Shown here: positions 1 to 8,573 of the stretch, in pieces
How positions within the stretch are numbered: the stretch's first letter is position 1
Layout of the letters: each line of letters begins with the position of its first letter
DNA from: an uncultured Mycoplasma sp.
Lineage (GTDB): Bacteria > Bacillota_I > Bacilli_A > RF39 > UBA660
DNA length: 64,000 nt
NCBI GenBank assembly: GCA_902493595.1
Contig: CABUPU010000004.1
Location: 9,958-73,957 of the forward strand
Direction of reading: 5' to 3'
The notes under the pieces: model-generated
Database searches by the model: none
The model's input: the letters and a program-made list of their open reading frames with translations, nothing else
Told to the model about the DNA's origin: nothing
Program-made: the position numbers and the translations under genes

Positions 1-1509
1 CATAGTAAGTTCATACTTAATATTAGATATATCTTGATATTCATCAATAATTATATAATCAAATAATAAATGAGTTTCACTTGTTAATTTTTCAATATAC
101 TTAACTGCATAGTATAATAAATCATCAAAATCAAAGTAATAATATTCTCCACCATAAAGTTTATTTGAATAATAATTATAAAAGTCTAAGAAGTATTTTG
201 CCTCAATCATAACATTTTGTTTTTCTTCACCTTTTAAAGTCATAATATATTTTTTTATAACTGTTTTATCCTCTCTATAAGCAGATGATTTTAAATATTT
301 AATACTTGAGTACATAAAATATTCAAATGGATATACTTGTGAAAGTGGATTTAGACGAAGAATATGTTCATATATTTCTTCATTAGTTCTTTCATTATAT
401 TCAACATTTAACTCTCTTAATTTGTTATCTAAAATTCTAACAATATTTGAAAGTGATGTTCTTTCAATTTCAATAAATTTATTATTATGCTCTTTATGGT
501 ATTTTTCTTTTTCTAATTTTATTTTATTATAGTTTTCATCCTCTAAGCCAAAGTATTCAATATATATTTTTTCACCAGCATAATCAATTGTAAAATCAGG
601 TTTATATATTAAATTATTTTCCATTAGTTCTGGATAAGCTTCTTCATAAGAATATGAAAGACCTCTTTTATAAAGAAAGTTTGCCATTACTGCTTCACCG
701 GCTGATTTAACATAGTCTCCATTTATAGATATAATATTTTCATCTTTCTGAAGTTGCCTTTCAATCCAAGATTTAATTAAATTTATAGTTCCTACAGTTT
801 TGGCTTCATTAAGTTTAACACTTACATAGTATTCTATAAGCTCATCATAAGTATTAAATTTTTGATAGTTATCAATAAAGAATTTGCTAAATACAAAGTT
901 TTTCATTTGTTTAACAGTATCAAAATTATTAATTATTTCAGTAATTTTATTTTTATCTAAATATAAGTTTTTAAAGTACTCTAAAAAGATTTCTCTTTTT
1001 TTATTTCTATCAAGTATAACGCATTTTCGATTATTAAATATTTCTCTAATGTATTCATAACCAAGTGAATGAAATGTTGTTACGTGTGCTGGGATATTAA
1101 AATCTAAGCAAATTCGTTTATCTAGTTCTTCAGTAGCTTTTCTTGTATAACTTAGTACTAATATTTTTTCTGGTAAAATATTTTTCTTTTCCACTAAATA
1201 TTTGACTTTTGATGCCATAGTGGTAGTTTTACCTGTACCTGCCCCAGCAATGATAAGACTATATTTTTCATCACTTAATATGGCTTTACACTGCTCTTTA
1301 TCAAGTTTTATATTAGGATCAATATCTTTATAGAAATTATCAAAGTAATCTTTATTTAACAAATATAACTTTTCTAATACAATGTCATTATAAGTATCAA
1401 TATTAAAGTTAGAGGGCACAGCACCACTATAATTTGCTAACACATTTAAATATAAATCATTTGAAATATATTCATGATTATTATATTTTTTTATAAACTC
1501 CTCTTTCAC
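1..1509 (-). CDS. UvrD/Rep-family DNA helicase, helicase IV-like (N-terminal ~500 aa; 3' end lies beyond the window)
   Basis: Not in the ORF track (edge-truncated; GTG start at 1509 after an AGGTGG RBS). My translation shows Walker A LIIAGAGTGKTTTM, TTFHSLGY, and motif II IIIDEYQDIS at the window edge. An inserted block GEAVMANFLYKRGLSYSYEE..YKPDFTI..IYIEYFG resembles the PD-(D/E)xK-like insert of helicase IV-type enzymes. Extended -10 TGTTATAAT at 1531-1539. Confidence 0.75.
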   Translation of the reverse strand, partial: MKEEFIKKYNNHEYISNDLYLNVLANYSGAVPSNFNIDTYNDIVLEKLYLLNKDYFDNFYKDIDPNIKLDKEQCKAILSDEKYSLIIAGAGTGKTTTMASKVKYLVEKKNILPEKILVLSYTRKATEELDKRICLDFNIPAHVTTFHSLGYEYIREIFNNRKCVILDRNKKREIFLEYFKNLYLDKNKITEIINNFDTVKQMKNFVFSKFFIDNYQKFNTYDELIEYYVSVKLNEAKTVGTINLIKSWIERQLQKDENIISINGDYVKSAGEAVMANFLYKRGLSYSYEEAYPELMENNLIYKPDFTIDYAGEKIYIEYFGLEDENYNKIKLEKEKYHKEHNNKFIEIERTSLSNIVRILDNKLRELNVEYNERTNEEIYEHILRLNPLSQVYPFEYFMYSSIKYLKSSAYREDKTVIKKYIMTLKGEEKQNVMIEAKYFLDFYNYYSNKLYGGEYYYFDFDDLLYYAVKYIEKLTSETHLLFDYIIIDEYQDISNIKYELTM

Positions 1510-1610
1510 ACTGCCACCTACTATAATAGTATTATAACAAAAATTAATTATTTTTTATAGTGAGTTTTATTTAGTTTAAATTTTTTGTAAATATTTTATA
1601 GTATTATATT

Positions 1611-1634
1611 AAAAAAATAGGATATTACTCCTAT
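1611..1634 (-). terminator. Rho-independent terminator after the 151-aa ORF
   Basis: Hairpin ATAGGA-tattac-TCCTAT (1617-1634) followed on the minus strand by a 7-U run (1611-1617). Confidence 0.5.
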
Positions 1635-1642
1635 CTAATAAA

Positions 1643-2098
1643 TTATATAGCAAATACCATCCAAGGAATTATTAACATTAAACTTATTAATAAACACACT
1701 TTATAATCTTTTTTAAATAAGTTAATTATATCTAATGAAGAAAGTATTGAAATAATAACTAATATCATTTGAACAACAGTTATTATAGCGGATATTATAT
1801 GTGAATCATTAAAACCCTCGATGCAAAATATTCCATATATAAAGAATAAAATAATACTAATAATTCTTACTACTTTCTTACTTTTTTCTTCTTTTCTTAT
1901 TAATGATTTACCATTATTTTCAAAATATTTCTCTTCCATTTTGTTTTTATGTTTTAACTCTATTATTTCTTTTTTGTTTTTAGTTTTAGATTCTAATTTT
2001 TCTTTCCAATCATTTTCACGTGCATTTATGCCTTTTTCAATAAGGCTTTCTGCATCAGCCTCAACTTCAACTCCAATTTTTTTAAAATTAACTTTCAT
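1643..2098 (-). CDS. Hypothetical membrane protein (charged N-terminal half, 3 C-terminal TM helices)
   Basis: 151-aa ORF with RBS GAGGTG 8 nt upstream of the ATG and extended -10 TGATATAAT at ~2152-2161. No recognisable motif. Confidence 0.55.
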   Translation of the reverse strand: MKVNFKKIGVEVEADAESLIEKGINARENDWKEKLESKTKNKKEIIELKHKNKMEEKYFENNGKSLIRKEEKSKKVVRIISIILFFIYGIFCIEGFNDSHIISAIITVVQMILVIISILSSLDIINLFKKDYKVCLLISLMLIIPWMVFAI

Positions 2099-2265
2099 AA
2101 ACTATTTCACCTCATTAAATACAATGTTTTTCTCGTAAACTTACATCATATTAATTATATCACGTATAATGTTAAACATAAAGATTTTATAACTATGCTA
2201 AAGGTGTATCAAAAATTGCTTAATAGTTCTAAAGCCCTTTAATATAAACAAAAATGAAAGTTTTA

Positions 2266-2294
2266 GTTCTCTTCAGGGGGCATGCTCTCTTCAG
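2266..2294. repeat. Left copy (internally duplicated) of the CCCCCTGAAGAG(AGCAT) motif
   Basis: Plus strand reads GTTCTCTTCAGGGGG-C-ATGCTCTCTTCAG. It shares TGCTCTCTTCAGGGGG with 14458-14473. Confidence 0.7.
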
Positions 2295-2379
2295 TTAGAA
2301 GAGGCCAAATTGTGTTAAACCCTTTAAATACGGGCCTTTTTATATTGGCATAAACCGTCATTTACCGTGGTTTTTAGTA

Positions 2380-2406
2380 TTTTTTGTACCTAAATTGTAC
2401 CTAAAA
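2380..2406. repeat. 27-bp exact direct repeat, left copy (TTTTTTGTACCTAAATTGTACCTAAAA)
   Basis: Identical 27-mer at 14362-14388 in the same orientation. It is internally a tandem of the 11-bp unit TGTACCTAAAT/TGTACCTAAAA. Confidence 0.85.
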
Positions 2407-2432
2407 AAGACAGTAGTTTTATTTCCACTGCC
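2403..2432 (-). terminator. Terminator of the 886-aa/118-aa operon
   Basis: Minus strand reads GGCAGUGG-aaauaaaa-CUACUGUC (8 bp, two G-U pairs) followed by UUUUUU. The U-run overlaps the end of the 27-bp repeat. Confidence 0.5.
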
Positions 2433-2479
2433 TTCTCGGATAATTTGATTATACCATTTTTATTGATTAATATCAATCG

Positions 2480-2836
2480 TTAAAAAGATCTGCTTCTATT
2501 AAAGATATATCCTACCAATATGCATGAGGCTACATATAAAACTATAAACATAATTATAAATACTGTTATGTTAGATATTAGATATCCTAATATTGTAATT
2601 AGTGCTGTAACATAACAATAACTTATTAAATAGCCAAAGCTTCCAAATGCAGGTTCATCTACTCCTTTGGTGTATCCACATCCAGTTAGTATATATGCAC
2701 AGGAATGCAAGATAGTACCACCAATAAATATGTTAAATAAGTCAGCATATACTTCACTACCTATTATATTTATATAAGGATTTGGTAGAACAAACTGTCT
2801 TATTAATGCACTAATCAAATGAATAAACTTATACAT
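2480..2836 (-). CDS. Small polytopic membrane protein (about 4 TM), partner of the 886-aa protein
   Basis: 118-aa ORF whose ATG lies 2 nt after the stop of the upstream ORF. The RBS GAAGGAGA sits inside the upstream coding end. Hydrophobic throughout. Confidence 0.6.
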   Translation of the reverse strand: MYKFIHLISALIRQFVLPNPYINIIGSEVYADLFNIFIGGTILHSCAYILTGCGYTKGVDEPAFGSFGYLISYCYVTALITILGYLISNITVFIIMFIVLYVASCILVGYIFNRSRSF

Positions 2837-2838
2837 TA

Positions 2839-5499
2839 TTATTCATCTCCTTCTTTTATAACAAACTTGTAGCATTTTGAATTTGGGATTTTTCTTATTG
2901 AAGGAGATATAAATAATTTAAAAACACAATTTCCTTTTAGATATTCTATTTGATCTTCAACACTTCCTTTTTCCTCTAACCATTTAGTGTTCTTTTGTAT
3001 TTCATTTCTTGCACTTGTATTTGTTGAACAGTCTATAAGGTCATAATATACTCCATTTAAATAAGTACCTGACTCTTTTATATCTGGTTCATACATATCA
3101 ACCCTTGGTAAATCTTTTTTCTTAATTAAATAGATATCTCTTGCTTTAGGTATTTTTATTAAATCAATCTTTCTATTATTTATATCGATAGTTTTATCGT
3201 CAAAATTATTTAAGTTTAAAATTCGCCAATTGGATGGGCTTGTAATAATTACATATTTTTCCTTTTCGTTCAAGCCATCTATATATTTTACAAAGTCTTC
3301 CTTAATAACCTCTGCTATACTATCTAATTTTTTTAAATAATCTTTTGAAATTCCAGTAAGTATAGCACGTCCATAATCCTTGGAAATATTATCTAATCCA
3401 TAAACCTCATCAAAAAATAATTCTCTTCCCATTATTTGATTAATTCCAAATAATCTTTTATTTCTTTTATTAATAATTGAATACTTATTATTATCTTTTA
3501 AATATGATGTCAATTCATTTCCATTTTCTATCTCCTTAAAAATAATTTTTTTGAAACTCTCAGTTTTTTCTGAACTTATTTTGTTATTCTTAATATATTC
3601 TGCTTCAGCTTTTTTACATTCTTCCACTATTTTTTCTAAAACACTTATTAAAGATGAATTGTTGAAATTAACATCTAATACTGCCTCTAGCTTACTTTTC
3701 TCATCTGACTTCACTATATCTAATAATCTTTCATAAAAATATTTATTATCCTTTGAAATCAATTCAGAATTTATATCATCTGAATTTGAATATCCTATAC
3801 CAAACACATAAATGAATTCTTTCAAAATAAATATGTCGTCAACATGAATTCCGGACCATGAATTCCTATATTCTTTATTCTCAAATCTAAAATCAAAATG
3901 ATAATATACATCATGGACATTAGAAATAAAATTGTAATATTTTTTAAAATATTCTATAGCTTCATTTTGACTATAAAAATCTACAAAATTACTCTTAACA
4001 TAATTTATTAGCTTCTTTAATTCATCTTTATCTTCTTCATTAAATACATCCTTATTTGATAGAATAATTAACCCATATATAAACCCAAACGAAAATTGAA
4101 TCTTAATAATATCGTATGAATCAGGTTCACCATCAATAAATCCATTATAATCAAAAATAACATTATTAAATAAATCATTAATAGACTTGAATTCTTTTTT
4201 TATTATTAAATCAAACAAGAAATTCATTAAATTTGATAGTAAAACATCATAATATATAGAATCACTATTCTCTTTTATAGAATAGTAATCATACCTAAAT
4301 AATGAATTAGTAAAATCATATGATGTCTTTCTAACATCATCAGTAATTTCTAACTGTTCAGTATAACAATAATAAATATAGTTACTTAAAAACCTGTATC
4401 TTTCATAATCCTCATTAGAATAAGCTAAACTAGCTAACGTGCTTAAAAAATTTGCTAACTCTTTATTTTTATGTATATCTTTATAATATTTAATATATAT
4501 TTTTCTTATATATTCATATGAAATATCTAATAAAGATCTCATATTATTTTTATATAAAAAATTATAAAAATTAAATAATCTACTATCAGAATCAAAATTA
4601 TCATCTATATTAGTTTCTGCTAAAGAAAATAAATCATTAATTATCAAGTTAATTTCATTATCAAGATATGGAATACTATCATTTAATAAACATGAATTTC
4701 TTATACTGTCTTCATAATTTATGATTTCGTTTTTGCAATAAGCAACTGTCACACCTCTATTTATTTTTTCTCCACCTTTTAGTTTAAGAATTATTAAAGG
4801 ATCTATATATACTATAAGTTCTTTTCTTCTTCTGTTTTCTTCTTCTATCTTATCTATTATCGCTTGTAATGATCTACAACTATATGATTTAAAGATTCCA
4901 CTTTTATTTGCTTTTATTGGAATATAATCATCAATATTTTCTACATCAAAAGAAAAATATTTTTTATTGTCTTTCACAAATTTATCTATAGATTCATTTT
5001 TCAATTTCTTTTTTGAATTTTTAATGTTTCTATTATGAATTTCTATAAGTCTTTTTTCAATATATTTATCATATTCAGCAGAAAAATAGTCACTATCAGT
5101 ATTAAGTTTGATAGCTATTCCAAAAAGTTTAATTGTCAACCAAATAGAACGACAAATAAAAATATTTAATAACAATTCTACTACAAAAAATAAAATTTTG
5201 AATAAATCTGCACATTCTTTATTATATGGTATTATCTCTTTTATGATGCATAGTGATAATATAAGGATTGAAAAAGTCATGATACCTTTCATTCTTGTTT
5301 TTTCTAAAACAAATCTTTTGTGTGTTTCAACCTTCTTATCATTCATCGTCTCTGCAATAAATATTATAATTGCTACTAATACTCCGACTATCCCAACAAA
5401 CGCATCTATTCTCACACTTCCATTTAAAGGTTCAAAAATATTTACGTTCATCCAAATAATAAAATTATAAACATTTTTCATAAATTCTTCTATATTCAT
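2839..5499 (-). CDS. Large uncharacterised membrane-anchored protein (3-4 N-terminal TM helices plus ~750 aa soluble region)
   Basis: 886-aa uninterrupted ORF in a very AT-rich context, with RBS GGAGGT 6 nt upstream. TM segments lie at residues ~29-132. I see no Walker A, nuclease, protease, TIR, SIR2 or HEPN motif. The post-TM segment vaguely recalls DUF2254-type proteins (from memory only). Confidence 0.8.
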   Translation of the reverse strand: MNIEEFMKNVYNFIIWMNVNIFEPLNGSVRIDAFVGIVGVLVAIIIFIAETMNDKKVETHKRFVLEKTRMKGIMTFSILILSLCIIKEIIPYNKECADLFKILFFVVELLLNIFICRSIWLTIKLFGIAIKLNTDSDYFSAEYDKYIEKRLIEIHNRNIKNSKKKLKNESIDKFVKDNKKYFSFDVENIDDYIPIKANKSGIFKSYSCRSLQAIIDKIEEENRRRKELIVYIDPLIILKLKGGEKINRGVTVAYCKNEIINYEDSIRNSCLLNDSIPYLDNEINLIINDLFSLAETNIDDNFDSDSRLFNFYNFLYKNNMRSLLDISYEYIRKIYIKYYKDIHKNKELANFLSTLASLAYSNEDYERYRFLSNYIYYCYTEQLEITDDVRKTSYDFTNSLFRYDYYSIKENSDSIYYDVLLSNLMNFLFDLIIKKEFKSINDLFNNVIFDYNGFIDGEPDSYDIIKIQFSFGFIYGLIILSNKDVFNEEDKDELKKLINYVKSNFVDFYSQNEAIEYFKKYYNFISNVHDVYYHFDFRFENKEYRNSWSGIHVDDIFILKEFIYVFGIGYSNSDDINSELISKDNKYFYERLLDIVKSDEKSKLEAVLDVNFNNSSLISVLEKIVEECKKAEAEYIKNNKISSEKTESFKKIIFKEIENGNELTSYLKDNNKYSIINKRNKRLFGINQIMGRELFFDEVYGLDNISKDYGRAILTGISKDYLKKLDSIAEVIKEDFVKYIDGLNEKEKYVIITSPSNWRILNLNNFDDKTIDINNRKIDLIKIPKARDIYLIKKKDLPRVDMYEPDIKESGTYLNGVYYDLIDCSTNTSARNEIQKNTKWLEEKGSVEDQIEYLKGNCVFKLFISPSIRKIPNSKCYKFVIKEGDE

Positions 5500-5569
5500 C
5501 TTTTACCTCCAATCAAAAAAAGAGCATATTCCATCTTAAAAATGAAACACACTCTATTATTTAATATAT

Positions 5570-5578
5570 ATTATAGCA
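5570..5578 (-). promoter_or_regulatory. Extended -10 (TGCTATAAT) for the 886-aa/118-aa operon
   Basis: Sequence match in the 137-nt gap between the hsdS stop and the 886-aa ORF start. Confidence 0.4.
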
Positions 5579-5636
5579 TTTTTTTATAATGTTTTAAATA
5601 ATTTTATATATTATTATGTAGTATATAGTTTTTTTA

Positions 5637-7082
5637 TTAAACTTGATTTATAAGATTAATTAGGCTATTAACTCTATTTAATATTTTTTCTTGTTCTTCA
5701 AATGGAGGCAAAGGAATATACATATTTTTTAAAATATCAAATGGTGGAATATTCTTTATAGCTGTTCCCTTACCTTTTTCATTTGCCTCTTTTTTTAATA
5801 CATAATCAAAATATAATAAGAAGAAGTCTCTATAATTATTATCAAATAAAGTGATTTTCATAAGTGCTTGATTAATAATACCTACTCTAGCTTCTTTTGG
5901 CATTACATATGTTTCGCCAATTGTTCCAGCACATGATACTATTATATCATTTGGTTCTACAGAAAAAGATTTCATAGATTCATATTTTTTTCTAGAAATA
6001 TAATAATCTCCCAATGTGTAATCTTTTTTTATTGCATTTTGCTGCTCATAAACTTTAATTGCATCTTCACTATATGGAATAAACATAGATTTAGTTAAAG
6101 AACTTCCAAAAGGGCCTTTTTTATATATACCTATATTACCCAATCTAACCCATATCCAATTTTGAGGAATAGAATATGGAACATTATTTGAATTTATTTC
6201 CATTACTTTTTTATCTTTCTTTAAATTATGTCCATTTCTAAATTCACTTTCTATTTTAAAAACATCAATTTGTTTATCTAATGGATTATTCTTTATTAAT
6301 TCACCGTGAATAGCTTTATCAAATATAAGTATTTTCAGTTTTTCTTTTAATTTTTGAACTCTACCAATACTCTTTTCCAATTCATTTATTAATTCAAATG
6401 TTTTATCAATCTTTTCACATAATTCTTTTTGATATTCAATATCAGGAATGCAAATTGGAGTATTAATAATTATTTCTCGAGATATATTAGGTTGTGCTCC
6501 TCCAATGCCCGCATTAATAAAATAATCCCTTAATGATAATAAATAATAAAATAAATATTTTGATTCTATACCATAATATATATTACAAGAACAACATGCT
6601 TGATTAGTAGTTAATTCAATTTCTGATATTCCTAGTTTTCCAATTGTTGCACCATACATAGCAATCATAACATCACCGGGATGAACAAATTTTAAAGAAC
6701 ACTCTTTTAATGCTTTTTCAGTAATTTTTTCTTCAGTATTATTTATATATCCATCATTGAGTTCACCAGTTTTAAGCCATGCTATAGTACCATTATTATA
6801 ATATTCTTCATTACTTCTCAATGGAGTTGCACCTGCACCCCAACTTCCAATATTTCCTAGTCTATCCCATACCCAATTTGTTGGAGATTTATATATTTTT
6901 TCATCATCAGTTATATCTTCATCTAATTTATCTTTCTTTATTTTTTTCTGATTAATGAGATCATTTCTTATTCCATCATATTTTTCTTTAATATCTGAAG
7001 ATAGCTGTTTTCCATCATTTGGTAATAATTGACCACTAAAGGCCATCTGAAGAATCTTTTTTCTTAGCTTACTTACATTCAT
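5637..7082 (-). CDS. hsdS: Type I restriction-modification specificity subunit
   Basis: 481 aa with two similar halves (NWVWDRLGNIGSW.. and NWIWVRLGNIGIY..) separated by coiled-coil spacers, typical of the two target-recognition domains (TRDs). Stop and start are coupled to hsdM. Confidence 0.9.
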   Translation of the reverse strand: MNVSKLRKKILQMAFSGQLLPNDGKQLSSDIKEKYDGIRNDLINQKKIKKDKLDEDITDDEKIYKSPTNWVWDRLGNIGSWGAGATPLRSNEEYYNNGTIAWLKTGELNDGYINNTEEKITEKALKECSLKFVHPGDVMIAMYGATIGKLGISEIELTTNQACCSCNIYYGIESKYLFYYLLSLRDYFINAGIGGAQPNISREIIINTPICIPDIEYQKELCEKIDKTFELINELEKSIGRVQKLKEKLKILIFDKAIHGELIKNNPLDKQIDVFKIESEFRNGHNLKKDKKVMEINSNNVPYSIPQNWIWVRLGNIGIYKKGPFGSSLTKSMFIPYSEDAIKVYEQQNAIKKDYTLGDYYISRKKYESMKSFSVEPNDIIVSCAGTIGETYVMPKEARVGIINQALMKITLFDNNYRDFFLLYFDYVLKKEANEKGKGTAIKNIPPFDILKNMYIPLPPFEEQEKILNRVNSLINLINQV

Positions 7083-7084
7083 AT

Positions 7085-8560
7085 TTATTCTCCATTAATC
7101 AACAAATCTAACTTTGATACAATATTTGTAATATTATTTGTTTCTTTTTGTATTTCACTAAATAATTCTTCAATTGTAATATCATCTAAATCATCATCAT
7201 CAGTTATCCATTTTATATCTAAATTAAACTTATTATTCTTAATGTCATCATATGAAAATTTTCTCCATCTTCCATTTGGATTTTCTTCTGACCAAGTTTC
7301 AGTTCTATCATGAATATTGTCTGGATTAAAACACTTAACAAAATCGTCTAAATCTTTATTTTTTATTGGCTTTTTCTTTAAAGTAAAATGCATCCCAGCT
7401 CTTAAATCATATATCCAAACTTCTTTTGTTTGTATTTCTTTAGACGCAGGTTTATTATCAAAAAATACGACATTTGCTTTCACTCCAGGTTTATAAAATA
7501 TGCCTGTTGGCAATCTTAAAATTGTGTGTAAATTGGTTGTTTCCATTAGTTTTTTTCTAATAATCAATCCTCCTGATCCTTCTTCAAATAATACATTATC
7601 AGGTAATACAACAGCTGCTTTTCCATTAATCTTTAACAAAGTATGAATATGTTGAACAAAATTAAATTGTTTATTAGAACTTGTAGTCCAAAAATCTTGT
7701 CTATTATAAACTAAATCCTCATCTTCTTGTTCTCCATCTTCATTTGTTATTGTTAAGGATGCTTTCTTACCAAATGGAGGATTAGTTAAAACATAGTCAA
7801 ATCTTTCACCTGGATCGGATAATAACGCATCATTTCTTGTTATTGGTGATTTACCATCAATGTCACTTATATTATGCATAAATAAATTCATTAAACATAA
7901 TCTATACGTACTTTGAACTATTTCCCATCCTCTAAAGGTACTATATTTTAAGAAATTTTTATCCTTTTCATTTAAATCATAATTATCCTCAATAAACTCT
8001 TTTGATAATAATAGAAAACCACCAGAACCACAACATGGATCTACTATGGTTTTATTTGGTTCAGGTCTTATGCATCTTACCATTGCATCAATAACTGGAC
8101 GAGGTGTGAAGTATTGACCTGCTCCACTTTTTGTATCTTCTGCAATTTTTTGAAGTAATCCTTCATAAATATCACCTTTAACATCTGAAGATAATGCAGT
8201 CCATGTTTCGCCGTCGATCATAGTAATTATTTTAGATAGCATTGCAGGAGTAGATATCTTATTTATTGCTCCTGAATATATTTCCCTTAACATACCATCT
8301 TGTTCTGATAATGACTCTAAAATGCCATTATAATATTTAAATAATTCTGCACCTTTTTTTGATTTTAATTCATCCCAACTGCAATTATCAGGTAACTTAA
8401 TTCCTTTTTCAAATGGTGGTTTATTATATTCATCTATCATTTTTAAAAATAATAAATATGTTAGTTGTTCAAGATAATCTTGATTGGAAACACCATCATT
8501 CATTAGGACAGTTGCCATGCTCCATACTTTTTTATTAATTGTTGAAGTTCCCTCACTCAT
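7085..8560 (-). CDS. hsdM: Type I R-M N6-adenine DNA methyltransferase subunit
   Basis: Motif I DPCCGSGGFL, motif IV LTNPPFG, and an HsdM N-terminal-like region. Confidence 0.95.
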   Translation of the reverse strand: MSEGTSTINKKVWSMATVLMNDGVSNQDYLEQLTYLLFLKMIDEYNKPPFEKGIKLPDNCSWDELKSKKGAELFKYYNGILESLSEQDGMLREIYSGAINKISTPAMLSKIITMIDGETWTALSSDVKGDIYEGLLQKIAEDTKSGAGQYFTPRPVIDAMVRCIRPEPNKTIVDPCCGSGGFLLLSKEFIEDNYDLNEKDKNFLKYSTFRGWEIVQSTYRLCLMNLFMHNISDIDGKSPITRNDALLSDPGERFDYVLTNPPFGKKASLTITNEDGEQEDEDLVYNRQDFWTTSSNKQFNFVQHIHTLLKINGKAAVVLPDNVLFEEGSGGLIIRKKLMETTNLHTILRLPTGIFYKPGVKANVVFFDNKPASKEIQTKEVWIYDLRAGMHFTLKKKPIKNKDLDDFVKCFNPDNIHDRTETWSEENPNGRWRKFSYDDIKNNKFNLDIKWITDDDDLDDITIEELFSEIQKETNNITNIVSKLDLLINGE

Positions 8561-8573
8561 TTTTTAAAACCTC

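Noticed and set aside
1821-5470. Track ORFs 1821-2138(+), 3551-3736(+) and 5108-5470(+), antisense to the 151-aa and 886-aa genes.
   Set aside because: They lie entirely inside longer, RBS-supported ORFs on the other strand. They have low-complexity S/L/F/I-rich translations and no RBS, which are typical antisense artefacts of AT-rich coding DNA.
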